NCBI RefSeq assembly: GCF_018350175.1
Contig: NC_058383.1
Span: 24,368,001 to 24,432,000 of the forward strand
Length of the DNA: 64,000 nucleotides
From: Felis catus
Lineage: Eukaryota
Reading direction: 5' to 3'
The number at the start of each line of letters is the position of its first letter. The first letter of the stretch is position 1. The translations under genes and the position numbers were made by a program. The notes beneath the pieces are model-generated. The model ran no database searches and was not told the origin of the DNA. It was given only the letters and a program-made list of their open reading frames with translations. Shown piece by piece: positions 13,384-24,513 of the stretch.

Positions 13384-13473
13384 AGTATGCTAATCACTTT
13401 GATTACTAAGCTGAAAAGTCTAATATCCAGGAAGATTCAGAGAGAACAGCAAAGTTTTAAAAAACTGACCTGA

Positions 13474-14025
13474 CTGTGACAACATGGACAGACCCAGAGG
13501 GTATTATGCTAAGTGAAATATGTCAGACAGAGAAACACAAATGCCATATGATTTCACTTGTATGAAGAATTGAAAAAACCAAACAAACAAAGCAAAAACA
13601 GGCCCATAACTATGGAGAACAAACTGGTGGTTGCCAGAAGGAAGATGGGTGGGGAAATGGACAAAAATGGGTGAGGAGGAGTGAGAGGTACTGGCTTCCA
13701 ATTATGGAATGAATAAGTCACAGGAAGTAAAGGTACAGCATAGGGAACACGGTCTGTGGTACTCTAATAGTGTTGTACACTGACAGGTATAGCTATGCTT
13801 ATAGTGACCATAATATAATATATAGAGCTGTCAAATCACTGTATTGTACACCTGAAAACTAATGTAACATTGTGTGTTAATTATACTTCGATAATAAATA
13901 AATAAATAAGACTTGCATAATACCCCTACGTCTTGCAGTACAGTTTAGCATTTCCTAGAAAACAGTACTTATATTGTTCCTGTGCCTGAAACCACTATCA
14001 ATTTCTCAAATAATAACAAATTAAA
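13474..14025 (+). mobile_element. 5'-truncated L1 3'UTR plus about 110 bp of putative 3'-transduced sequence
   Basis: L1 3'UTR 13474-13909 ending (AATA)n; unique 13910-14022; TSD AAAAAACTGA(C/A)CTGA at 13459-13473 and 14026-14040. Confidence 0.75.
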
Positions 14026-14097
14026 AAAAAACTGAACTGATATTGCAACCACAGCCCACAGAGGTAGGTTGGAACTTGTGGCTTAAACGTAAGCAAG

Positions 14098-14262
14098 TAG
14101 GGTTGCCACATAAAATACAGGATGCTCAGTTAAATCTGAATTTCAGAGAAGTAACAAATATTTAAGAGGAACACACTTATACTAAAATATTAGTCATACT
14201 TTATTTGAAATTCAAATTTAACTGGACACTCTGTATTTTATTTGCTACATCTGGCAACCCTA
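14098..14262. mobile_element. MER53-like palindromic hAT MITE
   Basis: Terminal inverted repeats TAGGGTTGCCA...TGGCAACCCTA with extended internal palindrome. Confidence 0.85.
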
Positions 14263-14555
14263 TGACAAGGCCAATTACCTGCTAAACAAAAATATCAATA
14301 TTCCCCATATGATTTAAAACAGGACCCAGAGTCTCAGAGTTCAATACACAAATGTCCAGAATATAATCCAAAATTACTCAGCATATAAGATACCACAAGT
14401 CTCAGGTTGCACAGGAGGAGACAATCAATAGATACCAATGGTGATAGATATTGGAATTACCTGAAAAAAACAAAAACACTTTAAAGCAGCTACTATTATA
14501 TATTCAAGAGAATAATCACAGTCTTGAAACAAAATTTAAAATATAGCAAGTATGA

Positions 14556-14714
14556 GGGGCTCCTGGGTGGCTCAGTTGGTTGAGCATCCAACTCTTGGTT
14601 TTGGCTCATGTCATTATCTCATCGTTCATGAATTTGAGCCCTGCATCAGACTCTGCGCTGACAGTGGGGAGCCTGCTTGGGATTCTCTCCCTCCCTCCTT
14701 CTCTGCCCCTCCCT

Positions 14715-14751
<37 letters not shown>

Positions 14752-14800
14752 CTCTCTCAAGATAAATAAACTTTAAAAAATAAAAATAAATTAAAAAAAG
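14556..14800 (+). mobile_element. Can-SINE
   Basis: tRNA-like head, (CT)n, A tail. Confidence 0.9.
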
Positions 14801-17764
14801 AAAGTATGAACAAAGAAATAGAAGATATGAGAAAAAAACAAAGGGAAATTTTAGAATTGAAAGTAACCAAAATAAAACATTCACTGGGTAGACTCAAGAG
14901 CAGAATGAAGATGATGGAGGAAAGAGTCAGCAAACTTGAAGAAAGATCAATAGAAATTATCCAATATGAACAAAATAGGGGAGGAGGAAATTTTTAAAAA
15001 ATGAACACCGCCTCCAGATTACGTGGGACAACAAATATAAAGTCTAACATACAATTCATCAGAGTCTCAGAAGACAGGACACAGAGTGTGACGCTGAAAA
15101 AATATTTAAAGAAATAAAGGTTGTAAACTTCCAAATGTGGCAAAAGACACAAACGTACAGGTATCACAAGTTGAGCAAACCCTGAATGAGATAAACTGAA
15201 GAAATGTATGTAGACACATCATAATCAAACTCAAAAATTTAAAACAAATAAAAACTCCTGAAGAAAAGCCAGAGGAAAACAACACATTACTTATGAGGAG
15301 ACAAAGAGTTGAAAAATCACAGATTGACATTAGAGGGGTGAGAAGGAAGTGACCAACATTTTTTAAATGCAGAAAGAAAACAACTATTAACGTATAATTG
15401 GATATTTAGCAAAGAATTTCTTCAGAAATGCAAGTTTGAAATAAAGACATTCACAAGTGAAGGAAAACTAAGTGGCTCCATTGACAGCTAGTCTGATCTA
15501 TAAAAATTATTAAAGTAAGCTTTTCAGACAGAAGGGAAATGAGAACAGAAGAAAACTTGGAACATAAGAAGTAAAGAAAGAGGAACATACATGGTAAACA
15601 TCTGGACACATAAAACAAGGTATTCTTCTCTTCCTGAGTTCATTAGAATAGTTCTTGATTGTTGAAAACAAAGAACATGAGTTGAAGAAGTTTTCAATAA
15701 ATGGAGATGTATGAGATAAATACAGTATGAAGACATAAGAGACAAATACAGTACAAAGGGGAAAAAGTAAGAGGACTAATATGGTCATAAAACTTCTACG
15801 TTTCAATTTATTGATAAAATAATGATTCTAAATAGACTACAAGTTAAAACCATTCTGCAAACTATAGTGCAACAACTAAAAAGTTACACAAAATTGTAAT
15901 AGACAAAATGAAATAGAAAAGACATTAGACAGTAAATTAAATTCACATGGAGAAACCAGTGAATTAAATGATTAAAATATAAATATAAAGTCAGTATTAA
16001 TGGTCTGTAACTCATTTTTCCCTATATGACTTAAAAGCAACTGCCTAAAAAATATATGAATTCATATTTATTTGGAAAACAAAGTATAAAGATGCAATCT
16101 GTGATAATAAGAAAATAAAGGGAGCAGAGGTAAATAGGAGCAAAGTATTTGTATACTACTAAAATTAAGTATTAATTCAGCTAGATTATTATAAACTAAA
16201 ATATTAAATATAATCCAGAGGGCAACCACTAGAAAAATTAGTAAGAAATATATTGTAGAAGAAACAAGAATCAAAATGGTACACTAGAGAGTATCTTACA
16301 AAAAAGAAGACAGTAATAGAGTCACGAATAAGAAAAATAAGACATCAAGAAAACAAAGAGAAAAATGTCTGAAGTCTTACTTTATAATTAATTACACTGA
16401 ATGTAAATGGATTGAACTCCCCATTTAAAAGGCTAACACTGGTAGAATAGATATAAAAGCCTGATTCAACTAAATGCTCTCAACAAGAGTCTCATTTTAG
16501 ATCCAAAGACGCACATTAGTTGAAAGTTAAAGAACAGGAAAAGATATTCCATGTAAACAGTAAGCAAAAGAAGAGCAGGAATGACTGTACTAATAAAACA
16601 CAAAATAGACTTTAAGACAAAAATTGTTAAAAGAGACAAAGAAGTACATAATATACAGATTAAAAGGTCAATTCATCAAGAAGACATAAAGTTACAAACA
16701 TATAAGAACCTAACAACAGAGCCCCTAAAATACGTAAAGCAAAAGCTGAATTAAGTGAGAAATAGCTCAAAAAGAATAGTTGGAAACTTCAATGCCCCAC
16801 TTTCAGTTAGTGAATACAACAACAAAGGCAGAAGATCAGTAAGGAAACAGAAGTTATAAACAACACTATCAACCACCTTAAACTAGCATATATAGAAAAA
16901 TCTACCCAACAATAACAGAATACATATTTTCTCAAGTTCACAAGGAACATTCTCTAAAACAGACCATTACACAAAATAATAAATTGTAAAAGACTGAAAT
17001 CATACAAAGTATTTTGCATGAACACAAGGAATAATATTAGAAATCAGTAGAAGGAATCCTGGAAAATTCACAAATATGTGGAAAGTAAACAATACACCCT
17101 TAAACAACCAACGGATTAAAGAAGAAATTACAAGGAAAATTAGAAAATACTTTGAGATGAGTGAAATCAGAAATAAAACATAATAAAACTTATGTAATGC
17201 AGTGAAAGCGGTTTAACTATAAACTCACACATTTCAAATCAATGATGATTTTAAATCAATAACCTAGCCTTCTAACTTAGAAAAGGGAGAAAACTAAAAC
17301 CACAGATAATAGAAGGCAAGAAATTATAAATATCAAAGTGGAAATAAATAAAATAGAGAATATAAAAACAATAAAATCAAGGAAACCAAACGTTGTTTGC
17401 TTAACAACAACAAAGTGACAAATCTTCATCTTGACTGTCCAGAAATAAGAGAAAAGACTCATATTACTAAAACAAGGAAAGAAAGTAATAATACTACAAC
17501 CAATCTTATAGAAATAAAAAGGATTATAAAAAAATACTATGAACAATTACAGGCAACAAATTTGATAACCTAGAGGAAATGACAAATTCCTAGAAACACA
17601 CAAACTACCAAACCAACTCAAGAACAAGTAGAAAATATAAACAGACTTATAATAAAACATTGAATCAGTAATCAAAACCCTGCTAGCAAAGAAAAGGCCA
17701 GGATCAAATGACTTCAATGGTGAATTCTAGCAAACATCTAAAAAATGATTTACATCAATCCTTC

Positions 17765-18255
17765 TGTTTGCTTTTCCAAACAACCAATTCTCCAATTCTT
17801 TCATACCCCAAATGGGTGTTCAACAATTCAGTTCAGTTCTGACACTAATTACCCAGAGTTAGCACAAAGCCTGCAGGTTAAAGACTCAGTCTGAGAAGAC
17901 TACCTGCCCCTACTTTAGATGCTAGCATCAAATAGGTTCCTCATGTAGGCTAACTACATATTCAGGGTTTCCCCCAATCCTCAACTTCACTAATTTACTA
18001 GAATGATTCCTGGAATGCAGGAATAGGCTATACTTAAAATTACAGTTTCTTACAAATGAAGAGCCACATGAAGAGGTACACAGGGCAAGGGGTTGGAGGC
18101 ACAGTGTTTACATGACCTCTCCAGCATGCCACACTGCCAGCATACTGATGAACTTCACCAAGTCAGAAGTTCTCCAAATATCATTGTTCAAGAGTTTTAT
18201 TGAGGACTCATTGAGTAAAAATTGATTAAATCAATGTCTGCTGATTAACTTACTC
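17765..18255. mobile_element. MER21-like LTR fragment
   Basis: caattcagttcagttctgacactaattacccagagttagcaca...caggttaaagactcag resembles MER21; interrupts L1 ORF2. Confidence 0.6.
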
Positions 18256-18501
18256 ATCCATTGGCTAAGGATGAAGGAAAAAACCCACATGATCTCAATT
18301 GATACAGAAAAAGCACATGACAAAATCCAACATCCTTTCATGACAAAAATATCCAATAAAGTAGGAACAGAAAGGAACTTCCTCAACAAGACAAAGAGTA
18401 TTTATTGAATACTGTTAATATTGCCATGGTCATGTCTAAATCACTTAAAACTCTAGCATAAGGGTTAAAACACAAAAGTATTAAAAATAACTATAGCTAC
18501 A

Positions 18502-18702
18502 GGACACCTGGGTGGCTCAGTCAGTTAAGCATCTGACTCTTGATTTCAGCTCAAGTCACGATCTCACAGCTCCTGAGTTTGAGCACCACATCGGGCTCTA
18601 CGCTATTTGGGAACCTGCTTGGGATTCTCTCTCTCCCTCTCTCTCATGCACTCTGTTTCTCTCTCTCAAGAGAAATAAACTTAAAAAAAAAATAAAAAAT
18701 AG
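18502..18702 (+). mobile_element. Can-SINE with TSD
   Basis: TSD AAATAACTATAGCTACA at 18485-18501 and 18703-18719. Confidence 0.92.
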
Positions 18703-18913
18703 AAATAACTATAGCTACAATAATTTGTTACTGGATGCACAATACAAAAAGATGTAAACTGTGACATCAAAAACACAAAAGGTGGAGGGGATAGCATGAA
18801 AATGTACAGTTTTGTATGCATTAGACTGTCATAAGACATTTTATGTGAGTCACGTGTTAACAATAAAACAAAAAACTAGAATAGATACATAAAAGGTAAA
18901 AAGGAAGGAATCA

Positions 18914-19157
18914 GGGGAACCTGGGTGGCTCAGTCAGTTAAGCATCAGACTTCAGCTCAAGTCATGATCTCACGGTTCAAGAGTTCAAGCCCCGCATTGG
19001 GCTCTGTGCTGATGGCTCAGAGCCTAGAGCCTGCTTTGGATTCTGTGTCTCCCTCTCTCTCTACCCCTCCCTCTCTCACACTAGGTTTCTCTCTCTCTCC
19101 AAAATAAATAAACATAAGAAAATTTATTTTTTTAAAAAAAGAGCCTACATCTAGGAA
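18914..19157 (+). mobile_element. Felid Can-SINE with TSD and a 15-bp 3' extension
   Basis: TSD AAAAAGGAAGGAATCA at 18898-18913 and 19158-19173. Confidence 0.92.
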
Positions 19158-19307
19158 AAAAAGGAAGGAATCAAAGCATACCACTACAAAAAGTTATCAA
19201 ATCATAAAGGAAGAGAGCAAGAGAGGGAGAGAGGATCAAAGGAACCACAAAAGAGAAAAAAAATAATAAAATGACAAGAGTAAATCCATTCTTCTAAATT
19301 ATTTTAA

Positions 19308-19540
19308 GGGTGCCTGGGTGGCTCAGTTGGTTAAGGCTTCAACTTAGGTTCAGGTCATGGTCTCATGGTTTGTGAGTTTGAGCCTGGCATTGGGTTCTCT
19401 ACTGTGGGCTAGCAGGGTTCAGAGCCTCATCTCCCTCTCTCTGCCCCTCCTTTCCACCAAGCACCCTGTGCTCTCTCTCTCTTTAATGTAAATAAACATT
19501 AAATAAATAAAGAAATAAATAAAGAAATAAATAAATAAAA
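19308..19540 (+). mobile_element. Can-SINE
   Basis: tRNA-like head, (CT)n, (AAAT)n tail. Confidence 0.88.
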
Positions 19541-19575
19541 AGACTCACTTCAGCCTTAAGAATAAACATAGGCTC

Positions 19576-19792
19576 GGGGCGCCTGGGTGGCACAGTCGTT
19601 AAGCGTCCGACTTCAGCCAGGTCACGATCACGCGGTCCGGGAGTTCGAGCCCCGCGTCGGGCTCTGGGCTGATGGCTCAGAGCCTGGAGCCTGTTTCCGA
19701 TTCTGTGTCTCCCTCTCTCTCTGCCCCTCCCCCGTTCATGCTCTGTCTTTCTCTGTCCCCAAAATAAATAAACGTTGAAAAAAAAATTTTTA
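19576..19792 (+). mobile_element. Young SINEC_Fc-type SINE
   Basis: CpG-rich body; perfect TSD AAGAATAAACATAGGCTC at 19558-19575 and 19793-19810. Confidence 0.95.
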
Positions 19793-20569
19793 AAGAATAA
19801 ACATAGGCTCAAACTGAGGGGGTAGAAAAACATATTCCATGCAAATGGACCCACAAGAGGGCAGAGGTAGCTATCTTTACAGCACACAAATTAGACTTTA
19901 TGTGGAAGACTGTAACAAAAGACAAAGAAGGGCATTGTATAATGATAAAGTGATCAATTAAGAGGATATAACAATTGTAAATATTTGTGCACCAAACATC
20001 AGAGCACCTAAATGTATAAAGCAAAAATCAGAAGAACTGAAAAAAAGAAATGGTCAGCAATACAATAATAGAAGGGATTTCAATACCCCACTTCCAACAA
20101 TGGACATATCATCCAGAAAGAAAATCAACAAGGAAACACAGGACTTAAACTGCACATTAGACCTAACAGACATATGCAGAATATTCCACCCAACAGCAGC
20201 AGAATACACATTCTTCTCAGAGCATTCTCAGGGACAGATATATGTTAGGCCACACAACAAATCTTAAGTTTAAGAATAATGAAATCATATCAATCATCTA
20301 TTCCAACTGTAATGATGTGAAACTAGAAAGCCATAACAGGAGGAAAACAGGAAAATTCAGTGGAAAATTTTTAAATAGGTGAAAACTAAACAACATGCTC
20401 CTTAAGTATCAATGGGTCAAAGAAGAAATGAAAAGGAAAATTAAAAAAAATCTGGCAACAAATGAAAATGGAAACAACACATCAAAATTTATAGGATACA
20501 ACAAAAGCAGTTTTAATAGGGAAGTTTATAGCACTGAATGCCTACATTAAGAGAGAAAAAAAAAGGAAA

Positions 20570-22915
20570 TGACATCACCAAGACAGCAAAGTAGGAGACC
20601 CCAGCCTCTCCATGCCCCCACAGACATCAATAATTAGACAGCTATCCATTAATAAAAATAGCTCTGGGAGAGCAGTGGAGTCCACTTAAGAAACTTGAGG
20701 AGTGTAATGGAACAAAAAACTGGAGAATAACTACAGAAAAAGGAAAGGAAGAACAGCTTCATTTTTGTCTCATCATCCCAACCCCCCATATTGGCACTGC
20801 TCAGTACCAAGAGGCAGCACCCCATCTAGAAGGAGTTCCTCCTGCATGGAAAGGGAGATCAAGTTAAGCAACAGGTTCCCCCAGTCTTTTGTGTACCACA
20901 CAAAGGACCTGATTCTGCTTCACCCCATCCAGAGACCAGCAAAGCTGACACACAGAGATGGCTAGGAACAAGGAAGAAGGGCAGGGACTACAGGATCAGC
21001 CACACAGTAGGAGCAACCCTGGTTCTCAGTGAAAGGACCTCAGCACCTTTCATCATTGAAGAAAACATTGGCCAGCACAGCCACTGCAGATGCCCTGCAG
21101 ATTTCACTAGTTTTAATGCCACAGGTATTTGCACTGTAGACACCAGATGCCTCTCAGGCTCCCTATCCCCACCAGATCCCAGGATCCACACTAGTAGCCA
21201 GTCCAGGCTTCTGCAGCTGCTCAAGTACATGATGCCAACCTGACCTCCCATGACTGACCCTTACCACCATGTGTACACTTGAGGCTAGCCCTTCCAACCG
21301 TGCACCTGCCTGCCACTAGCCTCACTTTCCATCACCAGCCTCTGCTGAAGTGGCCTATAGCCACATAAGTGCCATGTCAACAGCCAAGGCCCCTACAGTT
21401 GCTTGTGGGCCCAGATTTGGCCCTATCTCCAGGTACTGGCCAGCACCACTGGGTTCACCTGCAGCTAGCCCCTCCAGGCTGTGCACCTGAACATTCCTAT
21501 CCTGTGGAGACACTATAGCCACAGGAATGCACACCGACAGCCAGGACCCCCAGAGCTTCTTGTGGCCCAGCTCCAACCTTGTCTCCTGTCACTGGCTTGC
21601 ACCACTGGGCTTACCTGAAGCTAGCCCCACCAGCTGTACACTTGGACACAACAACGAGACTCCTGTCACCAGCCTCTGCTGTTGTAAGTCCTTGGCATGA
21701 GATCCTAGCCACAGAGGGCATGCCAACAGTCAGGGCACCTGGAGCTGATAATGCATCCTTAGTTGGTTCTGGTCCCCACCACTAAGTGTGTGTGTGTCTG
21801 CAGCCATCCCCTGCCACTACACCGGCACCAGCAGCTGGCCCCCAAAGCCAAGGGTGTACACATCACAGGCTCCACTCATCAATGCTGCCTGCCCTTATCC
21901 ATAGCCTCAGACCTGGAAGTGCCTCTGAGGACCCCAGCAGTCCTTGCAGCCATTGTGAACCCCCATGGTGCTCACCAAAGACCACCTAGTTGTCAATGTT
22001 GTGGACTCCAGCAGTGCTGACCTCCAATGCTGTGGACCTCCAAAAAGACATTCTGTCCCCACAGAGCCAGAGGAGGCATATGCCCCTGCAGCTGGCACCC
22101 TGCAACACTAGACCCACTGTCACAACACACTCCAGCATGCTCCCAGCAACAAGTGAAGGTCTTTCATTATCAAAGTCAGCCCACAAAGTCTGAAAAAGAT
22201 GACTGTCTCTTCCAATGTGCAGCCTCATAAGCAAGGCTACTAGAATCACAAAGAATAGGAGTAACATGACACCACAAAAGGAACACAGTAAACGTTTGGC
22301 AACTGACCCCAAACTAAACTGCCCAAGAAAGAATTCAAAATAAATGTTCTCAAGATGCTCAAAGACTTCAAAAGAATACAGATAAGCAATTTAATGAACT
22401 CAGAAAAAGCAACCTCACTCACAATAGTATCAAAAATAATAAAACACTGGAAATAAATTTAAATAAGGAAATAAAAGATAAATTCACTGAAAACTATAAG
22501 GCATTGATGAAAGAAACTGATACACAAATAAATGGAAAGCCTTCCTGAATTCATGGATTGAAAGTGTTATTAATATGCCCATACTACCTAAAGCCCATCT
22601 ATAGATTCTATGTAATCTCAAGGTTGCCAAGGGCTGAGAGGTGGGGAGAAGTAGGGAGGGATTGGTAAAATAGTACAAACTTTCAGTTATAAGATGAACA
22701 AATTTTGAGGATCTAATGTATAATCTGACTATAGTTGATAATACTGTATTGTATCATTGAAGTTTGCTAAGAGAGTGTTCTTAACGTTCTCTTTTAACAC
22801 AAAAGGGCAACTAGGTCAGATGACTGATGTATTAATTAACTTGAATGAGGGAATTCTTTCACATCGTATACGTATACCAAATCATCAGGTTGTACACTTT
22901 AAATACACTACAATT
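20570..22915 (+). mobile_element. Old L1: GC-rich 5'UTR, ORF1 start, then short ORF2 and 3'UTR pieces (heavily deleted)
   Basis: C-rich UTR 20570-22260; ORF1-like start atgacaccacaaaaggaacac at about 22266; ORF2 piece 22415-22620; L1MA-type 3'UTR 22620-22915. Confidence 0.65.
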
Positions 22916-22916
22916 T

Positions 22917-23035
22917 GGGGTGCCTGGGTGGCTCATTTGGTTGTGTCCTACTCTTGATCTCAGCTCAGGTCTTAATCTCAGGGCCCACACTGGGCTCCAC
23001 AATGGGCATGAAGTATATTTAAGAAAAAAAAAACC
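22917..23035 (+). mobile_element. Short old Can-SINE
   Basis: ggggtgcctgggtggctc head, A tail. Confidence 0.8.
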
Positions 23036-23079
23036 CTACAATTCTACAGCTTTACAATTTAAAACTGGGAAAAAGAAGA

Positions 23080-23988
23080 AATTAAAGAACATCTAAATAA
23101 ATGAAAAGACATCCCATGTTCATGGACTCAAAGCACTCCCCAAATTGATGGCAGTACTCCCCAAATTGAACTACAGAATCAATCAATCCCCAACTGCTTT
23201 TTGTAGAGATGAATACATGGATTCTAAAATTCATATAGAAGGGCAAGGAACCCTGGATAGCCAATCTTGAAAGAGAACAAAGTTTGAGGGCTCACATTTA
23301 CTAATTTCAATACTTTCTACAAAGTGACAATAATCAAAATAGTATGGTACTGGCATAAGCACAGATATATAAAACAAGGGAACAGAGTTGAGAGTCTAGC
23401 AATAAACCCATTCATCTATGTTCAACTGATTTGCAGCAAGGGTCTCACGTTCATCCAAGAGGAAATAACAGTCTTTTGAACATACAGTGCTTAAGCAACC
23501 AACATACAAAACAATAAAGTTCAACTCTTACCTTGTACCACATACAAACATTAATTCAAATGGATTAAACAGCCAAATGTAAGAGCTAAAACAATAAACT
23601 CCAAAAAAAAAAATTGGAGTAAATCTTCACAATCTGGATTTAGCAATGCAATCTTAGGATACCAGATAAAGGTACAGATAAATTCGGCTTCATCAGAATA
23701 AAACTATTGAGTATTGAAGGGTACTAAAAGAACTCATGAATGGAATGAAAATATTTTCAAATTATATATCTGATAAGGGTTTCATATACTGAATATTTAT
23801 AAAGCACTCTTACAACTCAACAACAAAATGACGAACCAATTAAATAATGAGCAAAAGGATCTAAATAGGCATTTCTCCAAAGAAATCACACAAATGGCCA
23901 AGGAGGGCATAAAAAGATGCTCAACATCACGAGTCATTATGGAAATGCAAATCGGGATTACCAGGAGATACCACTAGAATGGCTATTT

Positions 23989-24029
<41 letters not shown>

Positions 24030-24497
24030 TTTAACAGAAAAAAAAAAAACAAGTGTTGGCAAGAACTTGAAAACCTGGAACCCTCACACACTGCTGGTGG
24101 GCATGTGAAATGGTACAGCTGCTGTGAAAAAGTCTGGCAGTTCCTCAAAAAGTTAAACATACAGGGGTGCCTGGATGGCTCTATTGGTGGAGCATACGAC
24201 TCGATCTTGGGAGTCAGGAATTCAAGCCCCACCTTAGACGTAGAGATTACTTAAATACACCAAAAAAAATTTTTTTTTGAAGCTAAACATATAATTACCA
24301 TATGACCCTGCAATTCCACTTCTAGGTATATACCCAACAGACTACAAAACATGTCCATGCAAAAATACGTACACTAATGTTCATAGTAGCATTATTGGTA
24401 ATAGTCAAAAAGTAGAAACCCAAAAGTTCATCAACTAATGAATAGACAAACAAAATGTGGTATATCCAAAAACTGACTGAGGTACTGATAAACACCC
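23080..24497 (+). mobile_element. Old L1MB/MC-like ORF2 3' region, continuing at 30549-30840 after the young L1
   Basis: Degenerate ORF2 C-terminal sequence; contains (CA)n near 23992-24027 and a SINE. Confidence 0.8.
24164..24280 (+). mobile_element. Short old Can-SINE
   Basis: ggggtgcctggatggctc head; flanked by aag(t/c)taaacata TSD-like repeats. Confidence 0.8.
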
Positions 24498-24513
24498 AAG
24501 AACCTTGAAAACA

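Larger units (their letters stand above)
14265..20565 (+). mobile_element. Mosaic of ancient L1M ORF1/ORF2 relics, interrupted by SINEs and an LTR
   Basis: A-rich + strand with degenerate L1 motifs (tgaatgtaaatggattgaactcc, caagagtctcattttagatccaaagac, gcagaatacacattcttctc). Confidence 0.8.

Noticed and set aside
19576..19660. tRNA genes (A/B-box-like sequences at SINE heads)
   Set aside because: They are tRNA-derived Can-SINE heads followed by (CT)n and A tails with TSDs.
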